Source: Pirellulales bacterium (lineage in GTDB: Bacteria > Planctomycetota > Planctomycetia > Pirellulales > JAEUIK01). Taken from it: 64,000 bases of DNA. The stretch covers positions 160,197 through 224,196 of the forward strand of contig JAHBXR010000005.1 of assembly GCA_019636335.1 (NCBI GenBank), written 5' to 3'. Both the position numbers and the translations under genes were made by a program. The notes beneath the pieces are model-generated. The model saw only the letters and a list, made by a program, of their open reading frames with translations. It was not told the DNA's origin and searched no databases. Below, piece by piece: positions 9,722-18,949 of this stretch (the first letter of the stretch is position 1; each line of letters starts with the position of its first letter).

Positions 9722-10627
9722 ATGCACGATCAGGCAGATGAACTTCGAGAACTCGTACGCCGCACCAGCGCCGCGACGTCGAATCTTGCGCCGACTTCGC
9801 CGCGCCTCATCACCGTGGCCGGTGGCAAGGGGGGAGTGGGCACCACGACGATCGCCACCAATCTCGGGGTGGCCCTGGCCCTGTCGGGTCGGCGCGTCGT
9901 GCTGGTCGATGCCGACCTCGATGGCGCCGATTGCGCCGCGCTCTGCCAGGTCGAATCGCGTCTCTCGATCGCCGATATCCTGGCCGGCCGCCATAACGTA
10001 CACGAGGTGCTCACCCGTGGACCGGCCGGACTGCTCGTGTTGCCGGGGCCGTGGTCGCCCGAGGAAGCCATCACTTGTTCGCCCGGGGCGCAGGATCGAC
10101 TGTTGCACGAACTGCGTGGATTGGGCGCGCATGCCGATTTCGTCTTGATCGACGCCGGCTCGGGCATGAATCGCACGGTGGCCAGGTTCTGTCAGGCGGC
10201 CGAGCAACTGCTGATCGTCACGACCCCCGACCCGATCGCGATTCTCGATTCGTATGCCTCGATCAAGGTGCTGCACGCGGGCAAACCGGAACTGCCGATC
10301 TACTCGGTCGTGAATCTGGCCGACGAGCAGACTGCCCTGGCCGTGCAGGCACGACTCGATCAAGTCTGTCAACGATTTCTAGGCAGGTCGATCGCCGCCG
10401 TGGGGCACGTGCCTACGGATCCTCGCGTGGCCGAATGCCGCACTTACGGCGGCTCACTCGCGCTGCAGGCCCCCAACGCCGCGGCGACGCTGCAGATCGA
10501 ACGCCTGGCCGAGCTGCTCTTGCGCCCGGCCAGCGATCGCGGGAAGCAACCGAACGCACCGCACCTGCTGCTGGGGTCGACCGAAGAGGACCTGCGGCAG
10601 TTGTCCGATTCGTTTTCGTTGCGCTGA
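9722..10627 (+). CDS. flhG: MinD/ParA-type flagellar number regulator FlhG (FleN/YlxH)
   Basis: In-frame ATG 9722 inside track ORF 9062..10627; the 5' part of that ORF is an out-of-frame shadow of flhF. Motifs: ITVAGGKGGVGTTTIATNLG (deviant Walker A), VLVDADLDGAD, DFVLIDAGSG. Confidence 0.85.
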   Translation: MHDQADELRELVRRTSAATSNLAPTSPRLITVAGGKGGVGTTTIATNLGVALALSGRRVVLVDADLDGADCAALCQVESRLSIADILAGRHNVHEVLTRGPAGLLVLPGPWSPEEAITCSPGAQDRLLHELRGLGAHADFVLIDAGSGMNRTVARFCQAAEQLLIVTTPDPIAILDSYASIKVLHAGKPELPIYSVVNLADEQTALAVQARLDQVCQRFLGRSIAAVGHVPTDPRVAECRTYGGSLALQAPNAAATLQIERLAELLLRPASDRGKQPNAPHLLLGSTEEDLRQLSDSFSLR

Positions 10628-10735
10628 GTGCCGTTCGCAAAAGTGAACCAAGTTCGACTCAACCAGACGACTCTTCCGACCGATAACCTATGAACACTGT
10701 CAGTATGCCTCATCGCGTCAAAATGTGCGGGTTAG

Positions 10736-11017
10736 GTGAACTTGCACGCCGCTCGGGAGAGCTCGCCCGTGGGTCGCAATTACGCGGGAGTACTCGGGCT
10801 GCTTGCGTTCTTTACCGTGCTGGCGCGCGGGCTGACGCATGGAGCCAGCGCCGAGGGAATGGTGCAGTCAGCGGCCACGGCGCTGGTGATTTTTGCGGCC
10901 GCGGGCTACGTCATCGGCAGCCTGGCGGCCTGGAACGTCGAACAATCGATCCGCGCTCAACTGGCGGATGAAGTGGCTCGCCTGGCGGCGAGCCCGACGG
11001 GAACGACCAAGAGTTAG
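10736..11017 (+). CDS. Small hypothetical membrane protein (two predicted TM helices)
   Basis: ORF 10736..11017 with a GTG start. An alternative GTG at 10769 has GGGAGAG 7 nt upstream. Hydrophobic stretches YAGVLGLLAFFTVLA and ATALVIFAAAGYVIGSLAAW. Lies between flhG and fliA on the same strand. Confidence 0.5.
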   Translation: MNLHAARESSPVGRNYAGVLGLLAFFTVLARGLTHGASAEGMVQSAATALVIFAAAGYVIGSLAAWNVEQSIRAQLADEVARLAASPTGTTKS

Positions 11018-11115
11018 CGCGGAAACACGATCGCAGCAGGGCATGATGCCCCGCCCAGGGCTTCGCGGCAGGCGAGCGCCACCGGGCACGAGCGAACAAC
11101 ATCACGGAGGATGGC

Positions 11116-11916
11116 ATGACGATGACGGCCGTTACGACTCGCGCTGCGCAGGACGATGACGTTTCGCACCTGTGGAATGCTTATCGGAGCGATCCGCAGA
11201 ACCAGGACCTGCGCAATCGCTTGATCGAGCGTTATTTGCCCCTCGTGAAGTACAACGGCGAACGCATCTGGGCCCGCCTGCCCGAGGGCGTCGAGCTCGA
11301 CGATCTCATCTCGGCCGGCGTCTTCGGCCTGATGGATGCGATCGATGCCTTCGATCTCGGCCGTGGCGTGAAGTTCGAGACGTACTGCGTGCCGCGTATC
11401 CGCGGGGCCATGCTGGACGAGCTGCGCACGATGGACTGGGTGCCGCGTCTCGTGCGTTCCAAGGCCAGCAAGCTGAACGAAGCCACCAAAACGCTCGAGG
11501 CCCGGCTCGGCCGCACGCCGACCGAGGCGGAGCTTTCGCAGCACATGAGCATCAGCGTCCCCGAGCTCGAGAAGATGATGCTCGACGCGAACGCGGTGAA
11601 CTTGATCAGCCTGAACAAGAAGTGGTACGAGACCGACAGCTACAAGGACGTTCGCGAGATCGATATTCTCGAGGACAAGAAGGGGGAGGACCCCACCCGT
11701 CGCATTCAGAAGAATGACCTGATGCGGCTGGTGACGAAGGGTCTCAACCGCAACGAGCGGCTGATCATCATCCTGTACTACTACGAAGAGCTGACGATGA
11801 AGGAGATCGGCGCCACGCTCGATCTGTCGGAAAGCCGCGTCAGCCAGATGCACAGTTCGATCGTGCAGCGGCTCCAGTCGCAACTCGTGCGCCGCCGGCC
11901 GGAATTCGGTACCTGA
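11116..11916 (+). CDS. fliA: Flagellar sigma factor FliA (sigma-28 / WhiG family)
   Basis: GGAGG 5 nt upstream of the ATG. Sigma-70 regions 2-4: [80 protein letters not shown]. Confidence 0.9.
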   Translation: MTMTAVTTRAAQDDDVSHLWNAYRSDPQNQDLRNRLIERYLPLVKYNGERIWARLPEGVELDDLISAGVFGLMDAIDAFDLGRGVKFETYCVPRIRGAMLDELRTMDWVPRLVRSKASKLNEATKTLEARLGRTPTEAELSQHMSISVPELEKMMLDANAVNLISLNKKWYETDSYKDVREIDILEDKKGEDPTRRIQKNDLMRLVTKGLNRNERLIIILYYYEELTMKEIGATLDLSESRVSQMHSSIVQRLQSQLVRRRPEFGT

Positions 11917-12146
11917 ACCGCGGTACTGGCCTGCTAAAGCGTGCCCCTGGCGAGACAACTTGGATAAAATCGGCCCAGGCCGGCAGCCTGAGCCACTTCC
12001 AAGATCTTGTGCCAATCAAGAGTTCATGCCGGCCGGTTTGCGACCGCGCCGGCGCATGGTACCATGACCGCCTTGCGAGCCGCGTAGCCACTTCGTTCGT
12101 GGCGCGCCGGCTCTTTGTCTTGGCGCATACAGGGAGGTACCAGCCG

Positions 12147-13091
12147 GTGGCACGAAGCTGGGATCAAGTAGTCACGACCGACTGTCTGGCCGGGTTCAAA
12201 AATCTGGCCGAGGGCTCGATCGATCTCGTTTTTGCCGATCCGCCCTTCAACATCGGCTACGACTACGACGTCTATCACGACAAGCTCGAGAGCGATCGTT
12301 ACATCCACTGGTGCCGCGACTGGATGGCCGAGATCCATCGCGTGCTCAAGGCCGACGGCAGCTTCTGGCTGGCGATTGGTGACGAGTATGCCGCGGAACT
12401 CAAGGTCGAGGCCACGCGGCAACTCGGCTTCACCTGCCGCAGTTGGGTCGTCTGGTATTACACGTTCGGCGTGAACTGTAAGACGAAGTTCAGCCGCTCG
12501 CACGCGCACTTGTTCTACTTCGTCAAAGACGCCGAGAAGTTCACCTTCAACGATCAGGAGGTGCGCGTCCCCTCGGCGCGGCAGTTGGTGTATGGCGATC
12601 GCCGCGCGGCCGCCAAGGGACGCTTGCCGGACGATACCTGGATCTTGCGTCCGCAGGATCTGCCCGAGGGCTTTCAGGCGGACGAAGACACGTGGTACTT
12701 CCCCCGTGTCTGTGGCACGTTCAAGGAACGCGCCGGCTGGCATGGCTGCCAGATGCCCGAGCAACTGTTGGGACGCATCCTTCGCGCGTGCAGCCAGCCG
12801 GGCGAAGTCGTGCTCGATCCTTTCTCGGGCAGCGGCACCACCTTGGCCGTGGCGAAGAAGCTCGATCGGCGTTACTTTGGCTTCGAGCTTTCGCCCGACT
12901 ACGCCGAAAACGTCCGCACGCGGCTCGCCGCGATCAAGGTCGGCGATCCGCTGGTCGGAGCCGCCGAACCAACCGTGAGTGCGCCGAGCACGGCCAACGG
13001 TCGACGGCTGGCCGACGTCACCCAGCCCTACGCCCCAAAGAAGTCTCGCGCCAAGGCCGCCCCACGCCAGCAAAAACTCCCCGGCGTGTGA
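12147..13091 (+). CDS. Beta-class (N6-adenine/N4-cytosine) DNA methyltransferase, DPPF type, with no adjacent endonuclease
   Basis: ORF 12009..13091. I prefer GTG 12147, which has GGGAGG 9 nt upstream. Motif IV is [10 protein letters not shown] (12237-12248) and it precedes motif I ([18 protein letters not shown]), which is the beta-class order. Basic C-terminal tail. Confidence 0.85.
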   Translation: MARSWDQVVTTDCLAGFKNLAEGSIDLVFADPPFNIGYDYDVYHDKLESDRYIHWCRDWMAEIHRVLKADGSFWLAIGDEYAAELKVEATRQLGFTCRSWVVWYYTFGVNCKTKFSRSHAHLFYFVKDAEKFTFNDQEVRVPSARQLVYGDRRAAAKGRLPDDTWILRPQDLPEGFQADEDTWYFPRVCGTFKERAGWHGCQMPEQLLGRILRACSQPGEVVLDPFSGSGTTLAVAKKLDRRYFGFELSPDYAENVRTRLAAIKVGDPLVGAAEPTVSAPSTANGRRLADVTQPYAPKKSRAKAAPRQQKLPGV

Positions 13092-13121
13092 GCCGAACCA
13101 ACGCGTCGCGAGCGTACGTGT

Positions 13122-13949
13122 ATGAAATTCGCCATCTGCAACGAGACGTTCCTCGACTGGCCCTTCGAGCGGGCCTTTGCCTTTGCGCGCGAGTGCGGCT
13201 ACTCGGGCATCGAGATCGCCCCCTTCACGATCGATACCGACGCACGCCGCATCTCGGCGGCCAAGCGCGACGAGGTTCGCCGCCAGGCCGCGGCCGCCGA
13301 TCTCACGGTCGTCGGCTTGCACTGGCTGCTGGCCAAGACCGAAGGATTTTACCTGACCAGCGCCGATCGTGCCGTACGTCAGCGAACGGCGGACTATCTC
13401 AGTGAACTGGCGCGTCTCTGTCGCGATTTGGGGGGCTCGATCCTGGTGCTCGGTTCGCCGCAACAACGCAACGTCGTGCCGGGCATGACCATGGACGAGG
13501 CCTTCGCGCACGCCACCGATGTCCTTACCGCGGCGTTACCGGCGTTCGAAGCACAGGAAGTCGTCCTGGCAGTTGAACCGTTAGGGCCGGCCGAAGGCAA
13601 CTTTCTGAACACCGCCGCCGAAGGAGTGAGGCTGATCGAAATGGTCGGCTCGCCCCACTGTCGCCTGCACCTCGACTGCAAGGCGATGTCGAGCGAATCG
13701 ATTCCGATTCCCGAGCTGATCCGCGAGCATTCCGCGCGGATGGTTCATTTCCACGCCAACGATCCCAACAAGCTGGGGCCCGGGTTTGGCGAGCTCGATT
13801 TTCTGCCGATCTTCGAGGCCCTGGGGCAGGTCGATTACCAGGGCTGGGTTTCGGTCGAGGTGTTCGACTACTCGCCCGGCATCGAGCGGCTGGCGCAAGA
13901 GAGCATCGACTATATGCGCGCTTGTCTCGAGCAGCTTGCCGAGCGTTGA
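13122..13949 (+). CDS. Sugar phosphate isomerase/epimerase (xylose isomerase-like TIM barrel)
   Basis: MKFAICNETF..., GYSGIEIAPFT, LAVEPL, HLDCKAM, HFHANDPN, GWVSVEVFD. Confidence 0.85.
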   Translation: MKFAICNETFLDWPFERAFAFARECGYSGIEIAPFTIDTDARRISAAKRDEVRRQAAAADLTVVGLHWLLAKTEGFYLTSADRAVRQRTADYLSELARLCRDLGGSILVLGSPQQRNVVPGMTMDEAFAHATDVLTAALPAFEAQEVVLAVEPLGPAEGNFLNTAAEGVRLIEMVGSPHCRLHLDCKAMSSESIPIPELIREHSARMVHFHANDPNKLGPGFGELDFLPIFEALGQVDYQGWVSVEVFDYSPGIERLAQESIDYMRACLEQLAER

Positions 13950-13976
13950 ATTCGCCCTCGCTCAGGGCTGCGGGGC

Positions 13977-16460
13977 TCAATGCCCCGTGTCATCCGGCGA
14001 TACGGCCAGCAATCGCTTCGCCTCTTCCAGCAGGAACTTCGCGTCCTGGAAGGGCTCGTAGCCGATGTCCTGCCAGCGGACGCGACCATCGCCGTCGATC
14101 AAGAACGTGCCGTGCAAGGGCAACTGCTCGAAGTCGTCGTACGCGCGGTATTGCTTGAACGTGCTCAACGCCGCATCAGAGAGCAAGAGAAAGGGGAACT
14201 TTCCCTCTTCGTTCGACTTGGCGAATCGTTCGTGCGACTGGCGCAAAAGTTCTGGTCCGTCGGTACTGATGCCGATGAGTTCGATCCCAGCCGTGGCGTA
14301 CTCGGGGGCCAACGGCGCGAAGGCTTCGAGTTGCTCGACGCAGTGTAGGCAGCCGATACCCAGGTAGAAGATCACCACGACCGGCTTGCCCCGATAATCG
14401 GCCAGCGATATCTCTCGGCCTGCGGCATCGGCCAGTTTCCAGGCCGACGCGAGTTGCGGCTGCCACGTGAAGGGCCCCAGCGTGTCGAAATCGGGACGCG
14501 GTCCGACATCCGCCGGCGGTTCGTACGCCGGGCGCCAATCGGAGCCGAAGCCGAGCGACTCGGCAATCGGCTGCAAACGTCGCATGGGCGGGGTCGTCAA
14601 CTCGACCTGGGCGCCGATCGCCCGCAAACGTTCGAACGCCTCCTTCGCTTCGGCCGAACAACCGGCGCCGTGCAGGACCTCGACCAGGGTCGCCAGCGCG
14701 AGAACGTCTCCCTGGTTGCCCTCGACCGCGGCACGAGCTGTTTCGATGGCCTGGTCGTTTTTGCCCGCCGACAAGTACGCGCGAGCCAATCGTTCCTTCG
14801 ACAGACCCTCGATCTTTTCCAGCTCTGGCAGCGCTTCTTCCGCGCGGCCTTCGGCCAGCGCGAGCCAGGCTTTAATCTCCTGCGCATAACGCTCGACGGT
14901 TTCGCGGAGTTGCTTTTCTTCGCGTTCGCGTCGTTCGCGTTCGCGTTTCTCTTCTTCCTGGCGTTTCTTTTCCTCTTCTTCTTGCTGCTTGGCTTCTTCG
15001 GGCGAATCGGCGGGCTTTGCCTCGCTCGTCGCAGGGGGCGCCGCATCGGGCGACGACGGGGCAGGGGGCTCCGCCGGCTGGGCTTCAGTCGGATTCGCCG
15101 TTTCAGGGGGCGTGGCAGCCGGCGGAGCGATCGCCTCGAGGCTGGCTAGCGTCTCGCGCGACGCTGGCAAGTCGCCCGTGCCGAGTTGTGCCAGCGCGAT
15201 CAGGTGCCAGCGTCTGGCCTGGTCGGACTTGTCTTCCGTGGGTTCGAGGTAGGAAGTCGTCGTCAAGGCGAGCGCGTCGTTCCATAATTCGTAGCGTGCG
15301 AGCAACTCGAGAAGCCGAGCACGGCCGAAGCCCGCCGCGCTGCGGCCATCGCTCACACGGTTGTGCTTCGGGTGTCGCGGCAACTCGATCAGGTTGCGTG
15401 CCAACTGCCGCGCGTCGCTCGCTCGACCGATGTGGCTCAAGCTGCGGACGCACCACTCCTGATTGTGCGCGTAGTTGTGAATCTGGTAGGGCATGACGCG
15501 GTCGCGCTGTAGGTAGGCGTGATCGACGCGGGCCGAAGCCTCTTGCTGCCAGGCGGCATCGGAATAGCGCTTTAGCTTGTCGTAGGTATGGCCGGCCATA
15601 TGCCACATGTGGGCGATGCCGGGGGCCGCCGGGCCGATGCCCGCCGCCGCCCACAGGGCACGCTCCGGCTTTTCTTCATCCCAGAGATGCACCGTGTAAT
15701 GGTGGACCCCGGCGTGGTCCGGCTGGCGCGCGATCACCTGCTGCAGCAGCGCGTCGGTGGCCTCGTGACTGTTGATGGGGACTCCTTCGCGGGCACCTTG
15801 CCAGATGGCCCAGGCGAGAAACGCCTGCGGCTCGACCGCCTGCGGATCGGCATGCACGATCTTTTCGAGATCGCGAATGAACGTGCGCCACGTCTCGTGC
15901 TTGGGCTGCTTGTCGGGGGGATTCAGCAGGTGGTCGAGCGCGTCGATCCACAACGCTTCGTTGGCCGAAACTTGCGACTTGCGCTGCACGGCCTCGCGCA
16001 GGAACGCCTGGGCTCGGTCCGCGTTCTCGCGATTGGCCAGCGCCAGCCCCCAATAGGCCATTGCGCAGTCGGGGTCATACGCCAGCGCCTGGCGAAAGGC
16101 CCGTTCGGCCTCGAAGTACCAGAAGCCATGCAACTGGCCGATCCCCTGCACGAAGAACTGTTGCGCGCGGGGATCGTTCGTCGTGATGGGAAAATCGATG
16201 CGTCCCGTCCCGGCCATTTCGTAAGCGGCCTGACGCGGCCCTGCATTGAACGAATCGCCATGCAGCGAGTGCCCGGCGGGAGGCTGCGTGACGTCGGGGC
16301 TACCTTCGGCGGACGGCGCTTCGCCCGGGGTGGCGGAAACCTCGGCCGCGGCGGGCGGGGCAGGGGGGACCGCATCGGGCGTTTCCGCCGCGCACAGCGT
16401 GGTAACGCTGCCACACACACAATAGAGCCAGGCGCGCCAATTGATCGAGTTCATGGACAT
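13977..16460 (-). CDS. Secreted TPR-like / charged coiled-coil / thioredoxin-fold (peroxiredoxin-redoxin type) fusion protein
   Basis: ORF 13977..16544. I prefer ATG 16460 (MSMNSINWRAWLYCVCGSVTTLCAAE signal), which removes the overlap with the neighbouring gene. The C-terminus reads GKPVVVIFYLGIGCLHCVEQLEAF...GISTDGPE...GTFLIDGDGRVRW (AhpC/TSA-like, CxxC). EK/R-rich segment EEEEKKRQEEEKRERERREREEKQ. Confidence 0.8.
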   Translation of the reverse strand: MSMNSINWRAWLYCVCGSVTTLCAAETPDAVPPAPPAAAEVSATPGEAPSAEGSPDVTQPPAGHSLHGDSFNAGPRQAAYEMAGTGRIDFPITTNDPRAQQFFVQGIGQLHGFWYFEAERAFRQALAYDPDCAMAYWGLALANRENADRAQAFLREAVQRKSQVSANEALWIDALDHLLNPPDKQPKHETWRTFIRDLEKIVHADPQAVEPQAFLAWAIWQGAREGVPINSHEATDALLQQVIARQPDHAGVHHYTVHLWDEEKPERALWAAAGIGPAAPGIAHMWHMAGHTYDKLKRYSDAAWQQEASARVDHAYLQRDRVMPYQIHNYAHNQEWCVRSLSHIGRASDARQLARNLIELPRHPKHNRVSDGRSAAGFGRARLLELLARYELWNDALALTTTSYLEPTEDKSDQARRWHLIALAQLGTGDLPASRETLASLEAIAPPAATPPETANPTEAQPAEPPAPSSPDAAPPATSEAKPADSPEEAKQQEEEEKKRQEEEKRERERREREEKQLRETVERYAQEIKAWLALAEGRAEEALPELEKIEGLSKERLARAYLSAGKNDQAIETARAAVEGNQGDVLALATLVEVLHGAGCSAEAKEAFERLRAIGAQVELTTPPMRRLQPIAESLGFGSDWRPAYEPPADVGPRPDFDTLGPFTWQPQLASAWKLADAAGREISLADYRGKPVVVIFYLGIGCLHCVEQLEAFAPLAPEYATAGIELIGISTDGPELLRQSHERFAKSNEEGKFPFLLLSDAALSTFKQYRAYDDFEQLPLHGTFLIDGDGRVRWQDIGYEPFQDAKFLLEEAKRLLAVSPDDTGH

Positions 16461-16476
16461 CAGAGCTCGTGCGGAA

Positions 16477-18711
16477 TCAGGGTTGGTTTTCGAGATAGTC
16501 GCGGAATTGGCGCACGCGATCCAGGTCGAGTTCGGCATCGCCATGCTCGAGCAGCCAATCGATGTCGGCGATGGCGCCGGCGCGATCGCCCGACTGGAAT
16601 CGCAGCACGGCGCGAACGGAGCGGGCCTCTAGCTCGTGCTCGTCGACGATGAGGATCGCGTCGAGATACCCTCGCGCGCGGTCCAACTCGCCCGCCTGCT
16701 GGCTGAGCCCCAATAGATTGCGCAGCAGACGCACGAGAATGGCACGATGCGAGGCGGCTTCGAAATACGCCTCGCGCGCCGCGGCGCCGGTGGCCAACTC
16801 GACACGATCTTCCGCCTCTTCGCGTGAGATTCGTACTCCGCGTTCGAAGACGTCGATCAACTGCGGCTCGCCCGAACTGGGCACGTAGCGGACGATAAAG
16901 TGCCCTGGCAGCGGCACCCCCTCGATCTTCAAATCGAGCCGCCGGCCCAATTCCATGTACAGCACCGCCAGCGTGAGGGGCAGACCTTCGCGGTCGTCGA
17001 GCACTTCGTTGAGATAGCTGTTGGCCCGATTGTCGTACTCGGTGCGACTTCCGTGAAAGCCATTTTCCTCGAACAGGTAGCGGTCGAGCGCGGCCAGCCG
17101 GGCGGACTCATCGCTCTCGGCCACCAGCGAGGACTTGATCTCGGCCGCCATATCGGCCACTGCTTGCTCGTACGCGGCCACGTCGATTTCATCGTTGTCG
17201 AGCCGGGCAATGAGCAACGCCGTTTTGACGAGGTCGATCTCGGCATCGGCATGGTTGGTCGCCCGTTCGAGTACCTGCAAGGCCTCGGCCCGGCGAACGG
17301 CGTCGGCCAACTCCTCCAGATGCCTGGCTGATTCGGCCAGTTCGCGCGCACGTCGTCGCAGCAGCATGGCCCCGGCGTTGGCATCGGGAAGGAGTCGCGT
17401 AATCAAATCTTCACCAGCTTCTTGACTGGCGGCCTCTTCGATCAGCGGCAACAAACGCGTCAGCACGTCTTCCGTCGGCGCGAGTCGGGGCAACTCGCGT
17501 TCGAGGGCAAAGCCTTTGAACTCCGCCGCCGTGTCGCGGAACTTGGCCAAACCGGCCTTGCCGGGGGGGAGCGCAGCCTCGCGCGATTCGATGACGAGTT
17601 GATCGTTCACGTAGCACAGCAGCCGATCGCTCTCGCGCCGCACCTTGAGCAGGTTCCAATCGCCGGGCCGGTAGTGGTCCGATTCCTCCTCGGCGAGAAT
17701 CGTCCAGCTATTCACATCGGGTCCGTTGAATCGCGTCAACCGCAAGCGCCCCGCGGTTGGGTAGAACCCGTAATGGATATCGCCTCCATCCGCATCGAAT
17801 GCCAGGCCCGCCGCGCCTGACTCGTCGGCCAGCTTCACCGAAACGGTCAGTTCGTACGGGGCCTCGGGCACGTCGCGCACGGCGAGGCATAACGAACGCC
17901 CGCCAAATCCTTCTCCCAAGCCATCGACCACCAGGCGCCCGGCCCGCTGCCGCCAACGAGCGCCGAAGACCGGCTGCCATTGATCCGCGCGGAGTTGGCC
18001 GATGGTCAGCCAGCGAGCCATGGGAATCGGGTTGGGCTTCTCGATCAACGGGCGCAATTGTTTCACCGCCACGGCAAACCCAAGATTCGCGGTGACGATC
18101 GACTTGATCGTCACGATGCCCAAGACGCGTCCTTCGAGATCGACCACCGGCCCGCCGCTGTTGCCCGACTCGATGGGCATGGCGAGTTGAATCATGGGAC
18201 GACCATCGATCTCGCGCGTGGCCGAGGCCACTCCCGCGACGACGCTACGTTCGAGGCCGATCGGGTTGCCCAGTGCCATGACCGGCTGCCCGGCGCGGAC
18301 GGCATCGGAATCGCCCAGTTCGAGTGGCTGCAACCCGGTGGCGTCGACACGGATGATCGCTAGATCGGCCTTGCGATCGAAGGCCTGCACGGCGACGGCC
18401 TCGAGCTTGCGGCCATCGGCCAACTCGACGCGAATGGGCCGCGCATCGCCAATCACATGATAGTTCGTGGCGATCAAGCCTTCGGCCGAGAGGATAAAGC
18501 CGCTACCGACTCCCAAGGGCCTGCCATCGCGGCCGGTGGTGGTGATGACCACGATGGAATCGCGCACCCGCGCAGCCAGTTCGGCCACGTCGGTGGGAAC
18601 GGTCGCCGCGTCGCTTGTAGAAGGTGCTTGATCGGGCTCGGCGGCAAACAGCGGTGCGAGCAGGCTCAGCCAGGCTAAAGCCCCCATCCAAACGAAAAAG
18701 GGACGCAGCAT
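16477..18711 (-). CDS. Secreted S1C (HtrA-like) serine protease fused to a DUF1080/LamG-like domain and a SirB1-type transglutaminase-like/TPR domain
   Basis: ORF 16477..18813. I prefer ATG 18711 (MLRPFFVWMGALAWLSLLAPLFAAEP signal). The triad is in context: NYHVIGDA, DLAIIRVD, GNSGGPVVD. C-terminal block LFEENGFHGSRTEYDNRANSYLNEVLDDREGLPLTLAVLYMELGRRLDLKIEGVPLPGHFIVRY. Confidence 0.8.
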   Translation of the reverse strand: MLRPFFVWMGALAWLSLLAPLFAAEPDQAPSTSDAATVPTDVAELAARVRDSIVVITTTGRDGRPLGVGSGFILSAEGLIATNYHVIGDARPIRVELADGRKLEAVAVQAFDRKADLAIIRVDATGLQPLELGDSDAVRAGQPVMALGNPIGLERSVVAGVASATREIDGRPMIQLAMPIESGNSGGPVVDLEGRVLGIVTIKSIVTANLGFAVAVKQLRPLIEKPNPIPMARWLTIGQLRADQWQPVFGARWRQRAGRLVVDGLGEGFGGRSLCLAVRDVPEAPYELTVSVKLADESGAAGLAFDADGGDIHYGFYPTAGRLRLTRFNGPDVNSWTILAEEESDHYRPGDWNLLKVRRESDRLLCYVNDQLVIESREAALPPGKAGLAKFRDTAAEFKGFALERELPRLAPTEDVLTRLLPLIEEAASQEAGEDLITRLLPDANAGAMLLRRRARELAESARHLEELADAVRRAEALQVLERATNHADAEIDLVKTALLIARLDNDEIDVAAYEQAVADMAAEIKSSLVAESDESARLAALDRYLFEENGFHGSRTEYDNRANSYLNEVLDDREGLPLTLAVLYMELGRRLDLKIEGVPLPGHFIVRYVPSSGEPQLIDVFERGVRISREEAEDRVELATGAAAREAYFEAASHRAILVRLLRNLLGLSQQAGELDRARGYLDAILIVDEHELEARSVRAVLRFQSGDRAGAIADIDWLLEHGDAELDLDRVRQFRDYLENQP

Positions 18712-18949
18712 GGCGAGGCGTGCTCCCGGCACGGGTGAAGGGTCCGCACGAACCGGTGCGGACGGTCCCGCCATGATAGGCTTCGGCCGGCGCGGGGAAA
18801 AGCTGCGCGGCACGCTTGCGCAAACAGCTCTCCCTGCCCCGCGTCTCGCCCTGCCGAGCGCCGCGGACTAACAGCCTGGGGAAGCATGCCCTCGTGACAT
18901 TCTTCCCCCTCGCCAAGTTCGCAGGCCGAGGAATACTTCCCTCAGTCTG

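Noticed and set aside
10669-10686. CCGATAA-containing sequence upstream of the small ORF and fliA, reminiscent of the sigma-28 -10 element GCCGATAA.
   Set aside because: There is no TAAA-type -35 element at the expected ~15-nt spacing. It is a single partial hexamer match and is not distinguishable from chance.
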